Below are positions 37,266-48,549 of a stretch of DNA of 64,000 bases, piece after piece. Below the pieces are notes generated by a model. It searched no databases. It had not been told where the DNA came from and was given only the letters and a program-made list of their open reading frames with translations. Location of the stretch: contig NC_135761.1 in NCBI RefSeq assembly GCF_052425735.1, forward strand, positions 62,496,001 through 62,560,000, in the 5' to 3' direction. Origin of the DNA: Oculina patagonica. Lineage: Eukaryota. Numbering within the stretch: the first letter of the stretch is position 1; each line of letters opens with the position of its first letter. The position numbers and the translations under genes are program-made.

Positions 37266-40233
37266 ATGGCGGCTTCTCGTATTTCTGTGCAACCCATATC
37301 TTCCCTCATAGACGACAAAGTTAACATCCTTGTATCTGGGCTTGCACCAAAACAGACAGTGACACTGGAAGCAAAGCTACTGAGCGATAAAGGAGAATTG
37401 TTTCAATCACACGCTCACTACATCGCTGATAAAGATGGTGAAGTTGATGTTTGCTGGTGACTCGTCTTTGGGAGGATCTTACAGCGGAGTTTCACCCATG
37501 GGATTGTTATGGAGCATGAAACCAGCACCGGGACAGAGAAAAGGAACTCGACTGATGAAATCTGATGTCACCAAACCGTACAACATCGTCTTGAACTGTT
37601 TTGATGGCCATGTAACCCCAAAAGAATCTTCGCTGCAGCCTTTGTCAAGCGTGACATTTCAGAAGTGGTACATGGCGGATGGAGTGAAGAGAATTCCTGT
37701 GAGAGAAGGAAGAATCCGTGGGACACTGTTTCTACCACCGGGAGACGGACCTTTCCCTGGTAAGTAGCGAAAGTTCAGACCGGTACAAAATCTAAAATGC
37801 AGACTGGAATATTTATGAAAGTTAGTTATTTGTATGGAATAATAAAACAACACTTCTTACATGGTCTTATGATTCACCAGTTACTTTTGCTCATGATGTT
37901 ACATAATGCTATAATTTCTTTACAGAGCTAGGGCACAATAGATTATCAAACTTTATCACTAGTTAATAGCGAAGGATACAGTGATAATAAACAGTGACAA
38001 GTACTGCACTGATCCATTTAGTTGCCCTCAAGTCAGTGAACCTGAATCCCGGGATTGGTGGGGGGAGGGAGGGGGGGGGGAGTGTACTCCAAAAAATATA
38101 TATACGGGGGTGCTCTGTCCAATTTTCAAATCCTTATCCTTTTTATGTACCATTATTTACAGAAAAGATAACACTTTCGTATACCTTCAATAGAAAATGG
38201 CACCTCAGGGGGGGGGGGGGGGTACTTGGGATTGTAACTTGTAAGTGATGGGGATGACCGAATGGGGGCAAAAATCCAGACCCAAAAAAATCCCTAGGGC
38301 TTCCAACATAACCCAAAAAAATCCCTAGATCAAAAATTGACCTCTCAAAAATCAACAGCAAAACACGTTTGTTTGTACTTTATTCACATAACTACGCGGC
38401 TTAGGCACCACCACAAATCTTCAGATTGTTGTTTATACCCAATAACATACCTACTTAAATAAAAAAATACTTGCCAAATTTTCCTACCCAAAAATAACCC
38501 GGAATCGAAAATTTTAAACCCAAAAAAATCCTTCGATCATCCCCGTCACTTAAAACCCCTAGTACCCCCCCCCTGGGAATAGAACTCCTTTCACATTCTT
38601 TTTTCAAAACTTTTCACTTGAATCAATCTTTCAGGGATGAGTTGGAGTTATTTTGAAAGGCCCTTAAATATTAAATGACAGTTTTTTCGTCCCTTTTCTA
38701 TACTCCAACTCATGAAATCCCTACCCTTCTGCCTGAAAAAAGGTAACAGCAAAAGGCCCCTCCAAATAGTTGAGTCCTCCCTTGATCCCTTCTCACAATC
38801 AGACAGAACCCGGCTCCCTGTACCCAAAGTGTGAATGAACTCACTTCTGTGTGCCAGATAATTTTAAGATAAAATAAGATAAGATTTTATTCACCTCTCC
38901 AAAAATGGTTTTTCAGGGTAAATTACAATAAAAATATTAAAAATGTACAGCTAAAAAAATAAAATCATTATAAATATTAAAAAGGGTTACATTTTAAAGG
39001 GTTCTATGTTTCAATAAAATTCTTCAAAGCACGACGTTTTATAGCATCCTTAAAAATACTCAAACTATTAACATCTGTTAGCGTCTGAGGTAGTTCGTTC
39101 CAAAGCCGAGTAGCTCTGAATACAAATGACTGCTGGCTGGTAGCTGTTTTGAATAGCGAGACATCCAACTTGTTTCTGTGTCTTGTTTCTGCGCAGATAT
39201 GCTGGGGCTTGTCCGTGCAAACATTTATAAGCCATTACAGCATCTCTGACTTCAAGCTGCCAAGCAACCGGCAACCAATGGAGTTGCTTTAACGTAGGGG
39301 TGATGTGATCAAATTTCCTTGTTCTGGTGGCAACCCTAGCCGCAAAGTTTTGCACTTTCTGAAGTCGAGCAATGTTTTTCTTTGTTGTACTGGCCCAAAC
39401 TGAATTTTAAGTTTCCCTTTCATTCTACAGGTGTAATAGAAATGCTTGGTGGTGCTGGAGGACTTGTGGAATTCAAGGCTTCCCTTCTGGCATCTCATGG
39501 ATTTGCTGCTCTGGCATTGGCCTACTTTGCTTATGACGATCTACCAAAGACAATTCAATCATCTTTAGATATGGAATACTTTGAAGAGGCAGCTAACTGG
39601 CTCAGCAATCATCCTAAAGTCTTGCCACATGGAATTGGAATTCACGCCATAAGCTTTGGCTCACTGATTGCTTTATTAATGGCAAGCCTTGAAATGAATG
39701 CAATCAAAACCGTTGTAGCTATCTCACCTTTAGTAGTTACATTCTCTTCATTTCAATACAAGGGGAAGGTCTCAGATGTAATACCTTATGAAATCAGCAA
39801 GGTAATATCAACAGAAGAAGGTGTTGTTTTGCGTTATGCCCAAACAGTCACCGATTACAAGCCCTCAGCTTCCAAATACCCACCAATACCACCAGTCGAG
39901 AACATTTCATGCCCTGTTCTGATAGTCACTGGAACTGGTGACCTTAATGTCAATTGTGACTTTTCAGCAGAGCTGATTTATAATCGTTTTAAAACTCATG
40001 GCAAAGAACATCTTTGCTCTATTTTATGTTATCCTGAAGCAGGACATCTCATTGAGCCACCATACACGCCGCATTGTTATGCTTCTTTCAGCGGTGCTTC
40101 TGCCAAACGGTTCAATGATAAGTATCTAGTGTGGGGAGGGGAGATGAATGCTCATGCTACAGCTCAAGACGACGCCTGGCCAAAAATCTTAAGTTTTTTG
40201 CGAAGCAAACTTCAACGTACAAGTAGGTTGTGA
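37266..40233 (+). pseudogene. ACOT/BAAT-like paralog 4 with a +1 frameshift in exon 1 (recent pseudogene, null allele or sequence error)
   Basis: Exon 1 37266-37759, exon 2 39431-40233. Reads TGC TGG TGA at 37452-37460 where the paralogs read TGC CGT GAC. Otherwise intact: AISFG, GTGD, AGHLIEPPY, C-terminal SRL. Confidence 0.85.
38865..39360 (-). mobile_element. 3' end of an L2/CR1-like LINE in the intron of paralog 4
   Basis: QNFAARV...KFDHITPTLKQLHWLPV...YKCLHGQAPAYL is the typical post-RT C-terminus; AATAAA and a (TCTTA)n-like tail follow. Confidence 0.8.
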
Positions 40234-40667
40234 TAATACAGCCCCTTATAAAAATAGAGTGAATTAATGTGTTGAGCCTGTAGAGTAATTTAAATTGTAA
40301 TTAATGTTTAGGAACCATTTTCTTACAACCTTCGATTAATAGCAGACTCACTAAGATTTTTAACACAAAATTAATTAGCAAAAATGGCAACAATAATAAG
40401 TAAATGTGGCAGATGAGTACCTTTTCAAGCAAAGGTTTTCGGAACCCTGGGCCCAGTTGTTTGATAGCCGACTGACGCTAATCAAAGATTTAAAATTAAT
40501 AAAGTTTTTTTAGTTCTCGTTTATTGAAGTCAGGGCTGTGCTCTAGCAGAGCCTGGGTGCCACAGGCAACTTACTTTTGCCTTTGAGCGACCACGCATCA
40601 TGAAAGCTTTTTAAGAGCTGGGCACCTAAGATTTCTTACAGAAGAGCCTTTGGGCACCCTGCAATTA

Positions 40668-41149
40668 CCTTATTATAGGAAATTAACGCGTCATGAAATT
40701 AACGCGAATTTTAAACATTCGCGTTAACTTAAGTCGCGTTAATTTTAGTTAACGTTAATTTCCGCACTGTTAATTTAGTGGAGCGTTAATTTCCATGACG
40801 TTAATTTCCATTATTTTGGCCCCAATTTCTCGTTGCAGTCCAGAAGTTCTTGACTCCAAGGAAAAAGCATTGTTTTATCTGCCACTATCATTGATACTGC
40901 GAAGAACGCTCAAAGTGGGAAAAGTACCACGAACATTGTTTGCGTTTAAGATTTTTCGCCTGCAAGTGTTGAAATAAACTTGTTCCAGTTGTGCACGTCG
41001 CGTTAATTTCCTTCATTTTGAAATTTTACTCCCTCTTTCGCGTTAATTTCCTTTATTGGGAAGTAATTTTTCCTTCAATTCGCGTTAATTTAAGTCGCGT
41101 TAATTTCAAATACCTTAATTAACACAAGCGTTAATTTCCTATAATAAGG
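40668..41149. mobile_element. TA-targeting MITE with many (GC)GTTAATTT subrepeats, nested in a CAGGG-terminated element (~40532-41171)
   Basis: TA|CCTTATTATAGGAAATTAACGC / GCGTTAATTTCCTATAATAAGG|TA. Outer ends CAGGGCTGTGCTCT / AGAGCACAGCTTTG. Confidence 0.75.
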
Positions 41150-41848
41150 TATTCTAAGAGCACAGCTTTGATTGAAGTGCTTTTCGCTGCTATGTTTGGT
41201 ACAGTTTCTAGACTGATATTCAACATTTTAAAAAGTGAAGTTCGAACAGCAAAAAATATAAATAGAAACCCTCACTATTTACGAAACTAAAAACCAAAAC
41301 ACGTGATAACACTGGGTTTTTAGCCTTATTGTGGTTTGACAACCGGCCATGGTCTTCCCTGGTCCTACAACTTGTTTCTTCTTTCTTTTCACCGTTTTAT
41401 GGCTATTTTTTTCGTGTAAGTAAATAAATAAATGAAGAAACTTAGTGAGAAAATTAATACTAGAAAACAGCAACAAAAAATACTCTCAAATACTCCCAAA
41501 TTTTACCGCGATCGCGCCGCGAATCGCGGCGCGTTTTTGGCCGCCGCGATTGGCGCGATCGCGCCGCGATAGAGCTTGGATCGCGCCGCGATCGGCTTGG
41601 ATCGCGCCGCGAATCGCGCCGCGTTTTTGGCCGCCGCGATTCTCGCATCGCGGCGCGATGGGTCGGGAATCGCGCCGCGATTTGGCTTGAATCGCGCCGC
41701 GATCGCGCCTAAATCTATAAATTTAAAAACAATTATCTTGGCGTTTTGCATACCGACAAAACAAACACACAGACTGTATCGAAACAACATCATTTATTTA
41801 CGGAAGCTTACAGAAAAAGACGGCCAGTTTCGCTGCCGAGCACAATTA

Positions 41849-42228
41849 GGCCATCCCCTTTTTTTTTTTTCGTTTATCGTCGTATGTGTTTTCTGATTTT
41901 GGGTCGGTCGGTCGGAATTAAAAAAAAAAAATTCAAAAAAAAAAGTGGATAAGGAGTCTGGAACTAGGAGGCCCGGTACCTCAGCATAATGTCCGTGGAG
42001 CCTGGAAGCAAGAAGACATGGTTACAAAGTCAACATGGCGGCAATGGAGGAAGGAAAAATCGACGTCGTGGTTAAACTCAAACAAGAACAGCGTAAAAAG
42101 GATGAAACATTATTTAAAATAATGTGTCATTGCCTTCTATACCTTCTGTATAATTTTTTTTTTTTTTGAAAACGCAAAAATCTGGGTCGGTCGGACGACG
42201 CTAAACAGAGAAAAAAAAGGGGATGGCC
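41849..42228. mobile_element. Kolobok-like MITE
   Basis: GGCCATCCCCTTTTTT / AAAAAAGGGGATGGCC with TTA / TTAA flanks. Confidence 0.65.
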
Positions 42229-43883
42229 TTAAATTTCGCAAAGCCGGAGAGCGTGATTGAGTCTTTAGTTTACAAGCAAATAAGTGAACAGTTCTTCTGT
42301 AAAATGTGAACAACACATACATAACGGCAACTAACCTTTTACTCGTGCTCAAGCGAAAGAAGATGCAATGATGTGATCTACCAAACGAGCGAACTATCTC
42401 TTGCATCTGCGAAGAAGCCGAACCGTTGAAGATGTGCTTTCTTTTCCCCGAAGCTTTTTTAAATAATATGATAATACAACATTTAAGTCCCAAGCATCAA
42501 CAGGTACAACTTTGCATTGAATGGTCCTTACCGTCAAAATGTTTTCCTCTTTCCACTGTTCGAGTTTTGCATTTTTTTTATATTCACAGTTTAGCTGTAG
42601 TTCAGTCAACAAAGTCCATGACGAAGCGACGAAGCGCTAGCTGTTGAAATTGTCGTTGAAATTATAAACAAGCTGTCGCTCGAATTAACAAAACAAATTC
42701 TAGCAGTTTTCACAGAGACGCTTTTCCCTCAAGTTAGGTCGCTTCTAAACTCTTGTTATTCAGAAGCAGCTAAAAAAGAACACATTTTTCCAGTCCTGAT
42801 TGTGAAGAGAAAACATACCAACTTTATCGAAATAAAATTTCTTTTCTGCTTGCGATGGCGTAGCGATTGCGTGTACTATGCACTACGTGACCTAACTCAG
42901 CCAATCGTAACGCTCAGTTCACGACACCTTGCGGCAAAAGGCGGGAAAGGACTTCGATGTGTGTGGTCCCCGATCGTGGTCTACGGGAAGGTAAATATAA
43001 AGCTCTAATATATAGATTTAGGCAAGCCTAAAAGCGGAGCACCCCAGTTAATTATTTTGCACTTTATTGAAACCTGAATTCAAGCCATTGTACAATTTTA
43101 AGGCTAAGAATATAATATTCGTTTTATTTTTTTTTTATAAATATTAATATTGTTACTTACTTTTTTTTTACCGTGTCCCGGGGGGGGGGGGGGGAAAGAG
43201 GTACTCCCTAAAATTTACTAAAGGGGTGTGCCACTGAGTCGCTGAGACTCTGGACCTGTTCCAGAGAAAAACGGCTCAATTTGCGACCCTGTTCCAGACA
43301 ATATCCACAATGAAAAATATATGAAGATAGATATAAAAACACTAGCATACATCACAAAGCGCTCACTTGACTTTGTCTGTGGCTTGGAGAAAAACCAATG
43401 AGAGGAGCGGAGTTTCATAGCTAAACTTGATAGTGTTCCACAGTCAAAAGGGTGATTTGTATACCCTGTTTCAGAGTCAGAGAGGCAAAAGGCACACCCT
43501 GTTGAGCAGCACATACCCGTATAGCCCTTATATGGGAGTACCGTATACAGCAACACCAAATAAGCCGAGAACAAACAAAATCAATCAAAACGTTTTAATT
43601 CCACCGACAGCATTATGATCCAGAAGTCTGGATGGGAAATTATGCTGCAAAACGGTTGATTATGTAACCTTCGTGTAGATAAGGAGGGGGTAGTAGGGCT
43701 GCATGTTGGGGTAGATAGGCATATCACGTGGTAAATTAGCAAATCACTTAACATTTAGAGTATAAAGGAAATAATATACATCTACATTAAGAATATGGTT
43801 AATTTTCTTTTTTTTCATTCATTCGTTTTTATTTTCACTATTTGCCTATATTTTAATTTTGAATGGAAATGGCAGAGGTCATA

Positions 43884-44831
43884 CACCGAATGCAAATATG
43901 GCGGATCACTCGGTCGGTGCCTGGAACGAGCTGCATGAAAGCGAGGCTAATCAGGCTTCGGTGTTGTGACAATGCTTTCGTACAGAAGTCTCGCGTATTC
44001 ATCAATCTGGTGTGTTTCTTTTCGCTGCTCCCACGAGTTGCCGTGTTTCTGAACGCAACGAGAAGTGATAGAAGTGTTCCCTGTTTGCCTCTAAGGGAAA
44101 AAGTGGATCAATGCAATTCGTTGAGACGAAAGAAAGGAGTTCGCGATCGCCGCGGGAACTACTGGTATTGAGGTTTGTTCACTAAATTTCTGGTTCGAAG
44201 ATCTTAGGAAATTCGTTTAAATGAAGAGCTTATGTGACGTCTGGTGGTGTTCCAGCACGAGTTACATGGCCAGTACCTTTCCCAAGGTAAAGAAAAGCTC
44301 CCCTTCCAAGACATCCTCTGTCTCAAAAGAAAATATTCATGTCCGGCTTTGTTCGCGTCCGATCCACTCGCATGGAATCGCACGATCAAATACTAACCAA
44401 GCGAATGAAATTCAACTGCCCCGATAGTTAAAGCTAGTGAAAGCATTGAGCCAAATAAAAACGACTTGGAGCTAAATGTGATCGCTTACACATTTTCTAA
44501 GATCTTCTAACCTGAAATGTAACGAACAAACGTTATTAAAAGTTCCCGCCGCGATCGTGAACTCGTTTGTACTCCTTTCACTCGTCTCAGCGAATTGCAT
44601 CGGTCCAATTTTTGCCTAAGAGGCAAACAGTGAACAGTTCTATCACTTCTCGTGGCATTCAGAAACACATCAACTAATAGGAGTAGCGAAAAGAAACACA
44701 CCAGATCGACGAACAAGCAAGACTTCTTTACGAAAGCATTGCCAAAACAAACACCGAAGCCTGACTAGCCTCGCTTTCATGCAGCTCGTCCCAGGCACCG
44801 ACCGAGTGATCCGCCATATTTGCATTCGGTG
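43884..44831. mobile_element. Foldback element with ~330-bp inverted arms, TA flanks
   Basis: CACCGAATGCAAATATGGCGGATCACTCGGTCGGTGCCTGG... is mirrored at 44831 backwards; the arms pair to about 44215/44495. Confidence 0.85.
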
Positions 44832-44867
44832 TATACATGTAGCAAAGGGTTTACAGCATATTGCCAT

Positions 44868-45020
44868 AAGCTAATGCCAAGCAAACCGGAGTGAAAGCTA
44901 ACCACAAGCAAACTAGAGTAAAAGCTAATCCCAAGCACACCGGATGAATAAAGCTAACTGCGAGCAAACAGGGGTGAACCTAACTACAAGCAAACCGGAG
45001 TGAAACTAACTGGAAGCAAA
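44868..45020. repeat. Degenerate ~27-bp minisatellite, ~5.5 copies
   Basis: Unit resembles AAGCTAACNACAAGCAAACCGGAGTGA. Confidence 0.75.
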
Positions 45021-45737
45021 GAAGGGACATTCTGTAACCCCATCCCACCCCCCCCCCCGCCCCCCAAAAAAGGATGATAGCACCTTTTTTACTTTTACAT
45101 GTCTTTTTGAGTCCCCTTCCTCTTAAGGGGTTTCACTTCACTTACAGAAATAAAAAAACAAAAATTCTGGGAAGATAGAATATTGTTTGTGAGTCTCAAA
45201 CTCAGTTTTGTTCTTTGATTACGCAGAAAAAATAGAATCATGTTTGCTTGTGTATAAAACTATGCAAGAAAAAATATAGCATCAATACTTTAACTGCTCT
45301 TTTAAAAATTTGTATGCTTTATTGTACACATTTTTGTGGAGTCATGTTACCCATTCGTCATGGAGTTCACAAAGTAAGCAAATGAGTCACAATTTGGTTG
45401 CTTCATGGTACCTAATGGATACTGCAAATTTTATCTGGCTTTAGAATATTTCACTAATTTTAACATTATAGCTGTTCTTATAAATTGTACACAGCATACA
45501 ACACATAAGAATGAAATTGGTATTGCATATTGCTTGCAATCACGATTTTAACGTCTATACTTTAGAATTACAGTACCACCAGTTTCAGCATTACCAATCC
45601 AAATTCAAATTATTACATTGCTTTTTAACTCCACTACCTCCCCCAAGGTCAACCAAAGATCTTATGATATACAGTAGTTAGACAACTACATGTAAGTCCT
45701 GTGTAGTCGAGGGCTCAAAATATTTGGACACTTACAG

Positions 45738-45949
45738 GAGGGTAGCAAAGGGTTTATGCGTGACGCGTGAAAAGGCCAAAAATTAAAACCTGACGCGTGA
45801 AAATAGGGCAAAAATTAGACCGTGACGCGTGAAAATAGCTAGAAAAGGCTCGTGATTCGTGAATTCTGCTGTTTCAAATATACGTGACACGTGAATTTGG
45901 TTAAAATTTGTGCGTGAAATGGGATGACAACACCCCCTTTGCTACCCTC
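45738..45949. mobile_element. MITE with internal CGTGA repeats
   Basis: GAGGGTAGCAAAGGG / CCCTTTGCTACCCTC; TSD TTACAG (or CTTACAGG if the termini are one base shorter). Confidence 0.75.
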
Positions 45950-46037
45950 TTACAGGTCATGTTAACCGGCCAAAGAGATTTTAGCTTGGTCACATGTGGT
46001 TTCTTACCAGCCAAAACATTGAAAATAGAAATTTTAA

Positions 46038-48014
46038 GAGGCTATATCTGTAATAGTGGTCTGCCCGATCTGGCTTGTTAAATAGATTTCGCTCTTTTCT
46101 AGTGTGTTGCAAGACTTTCATGTACTTATACTAAAAACACAATTCACTTGACCGGATCATTAATTTTTTTCGAGTTTTTAAGGATTTTCGGTTGACCCGA
46201 ACGAGCACTTGTAACGACCACTGTCAAGGCTTAAATTTACCACAACTTTGAAAATTATTTAAAAAAGAACTAACAACTTCTGTACCAAACAAACACTTAA
46301 CAGCCTGTTAAATTATGTCTTTTTAATTTATCACACCAACTTTCACGAACATTGAGCTCGAATCAAGCTAGCAGCAAAACATTAATGACACCCCTATCAC
46401 ACACCTTGATGAAACACTTGAAAACGGCTCAGTTTCAAACTTTATTTTTAAAAAGTGAGGCGGTCTACTTCAATCAAACCAACGCAGCCGAAAAGTAGAT
46501 GTAATAGAAAATGTTCCTATCGAAAAAAACCTTTTGGTATCGTCTAAATGAAATATTTACAGCTGTGTAAACTTGCCCAATTTCGAAGATCTTCATGTTT
46601 ACAGCCATTTTGAGGGACTCGTCAGGACGAGGAGTTTCATCAACTGGCCTCGCAGACATACCTCACACCTTCAGAAATAAACAAAGATTAGATATAAATG
46701 CAGTGCAGATCAACTGAAAGAGAATAAATCGTGTTTAAAAATGGAAGCTCGACTTACATTTCAATGATTTCTACGGGCGTAAGGTCATTCTTGTTCGAAT
46801 TTCGCTTGATGATTCCACAACAAATAACAATATTTGACACGCAGACTTTGACTGAATGTAGCGTTTGAATCAGTTAAAGGTAGTAACATCGTGCTTTCCC
46901 TTCTTTACCGGCGTACAGCGAAGTTGTTTTCACGACAAAACAGCAAGCATCAGGTAAAGAAGACCAAACTGACATGTTTATCGATTGGTCGGTTATATAC
47001 TTCATGTATGGAGTACCGTTGTGTACCGTATGTGTACCGTATAGTGCCTCATACATGAAGTAGTGACCGACAGGCCGTTTCTTCAGCTGTTTCTTCGAGG
47101 TTCAACGTTTTGCGATGGAAAATCTTTGCTGTACGCCAGTAAGGAAGGAAAGCACAAAGTTACTGCCTTGAGCTGATTCATAGGTTACATTAAGTCGAAG
47201 TTTGTATGTCAAATATTGTTATTTCTAGTGGAATCATCGAGCGAAATTCCAATAGTAACAACCGTACTCCCGTAGACGTCCGTAACAGTCAAAATGTAAG
47301 TCGAGCTTCCATTTTTAAACACGATTTATTCTCTTTCAGTTGAACTGCACTGCATTTATATCTAATCTTTGTTTATTTCTGAAGGTGTGAGGTATGTCTG
47401 CGAGACCAGTTGATGAAACTTCTCGTCCTGACGAGTCCCTCAAAATGGCTGCAAACATGAAGATCTTCGAAATTGGGCAAGTTTACACAGCTGTAAATAT
47501 TTCATTAAGACGATACCAAAAGGTTTTTTTCGATAGGAACATTTTCTATTACATCTACTTTTCGGCTGCGTTGGTTTGATTGAAGTAGACCGCCTCACTT
47601 TTTAAAAAATAAAGTTTGAATCTGAGCCGTTTTCAAGTGTTTCATCAAGGTGTGTGATAGGGGTGTCATTAATGTTTTGCTGCTAGCTCGATTGGAGCTC
47701 AATGTTCGTGAAAGTTGGTGAGATAAATTAAAAAGACATAATTTAACAGGCTGTAGTGTTTGTTTGGTACAGAAGTTGTTAGTTCTTTTTTAATTAATTT
47801 TCAAAGTTGTGGTAAATTTAAGCCTTGACAGTGGTCGTTACAAGTGCTCGTTCGGGTGAACCGAAAATCCTTAAAAACTTGAAAAAAATTAATGATCCGG
47901 TCAAGTGAATTGTGTTTTTAGTATAAGTACATGAAATTCTTGCAACACACTAGAAAAGAGCGAAATCTATTTAACAAGCCAGATCGGGCAGACCACTATT
48001 ACAGATACAGCCTC
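46038..48014. mobile_element. ~2-kb fully palindromic foldback element with TTAA TSD (Kolobok-like termini)
   Basis: TTAA|GAGGCTATATCTGTAATAGTGG ... CCACTATTACAGATACAGCCTC|TTAA. Arms are near-identical for ~720 bp, then diverged but alignable up to a ~40-bp loop near 47010-47050. Confidence 0.9.
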
Positions 48015-48204
48015 TTAAACTCCCATTCATTTCTGCTGTTACTGTTTTGGCTGCATATTCTTAAAAAGATCACTTCATAATGCCCTTGTTACATCTAAAA
48101 AGATGTGAAAGAGACAGGTCAATCAAGAAGTTGTTTTCTGAAGTACACTGTAAATACGTTAACATTTAAAATATAAACTTTGCTCATTTGCAGCTTTTCT
48201 TGAT

Positions 48205-48520
48205 CCCGGGGGGGGACTCGCATATGAAAGTGACGGGGATGCTCGTCGTCTCGCTTAGGGGTGTAAATTTCGGACTTTTGGTCTCGCTTAGGGTGTTCCG
48301 GGAAAAAAACGCCCAAAACGCCAATATTTTTAGCCATAATGGTCTCGTTTAGGGTTACACACGAAGAAATATACAAATATAAACTCCATTCTTAGTTTTT
48401 TGGTATCTTTTAGGGGTCAAGAAAGGCTTGAGCCACACCCAGATTGGTCTCTTTTAGGGGTTCTTTTCAAAATTTCCGACGAGCATCCCCGTCCGTTTCA
48501 TATGGGAGTCCCCCCCCGGG
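48205..48520. mobile_element. CCCGGG-terminated MITE with 8-bp TSD (copy 2)
   Basis: Perfect TSD TTCTTGAT at 48197-48204 and 48521-48528; homologous to 29843-30170. Confidence 0.85.
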
Positions 48521-48549
48521 TTCTTGATTTCAATTTACATGTAATTTAC

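Noticed and set aside
41445-41896. Arg/Ala-rich ORFs on both strands (also 51574-51840)
   Set aside because: Stop-free translations of the ATCGCGCCGCG subterminal arrays.
44868-45020. CRISPR-like appearance of spaced repeats
   Set aside because: Units are contiguous and degenerate with no unique spacers; eukaryotic context and no cas genes.
46474-47579. Twin 61-aa ORFs MSARPVDET... (also the pair 43863 / 44670)
   Set aside because: Mirror images from palindrome arms; no coding evidence.
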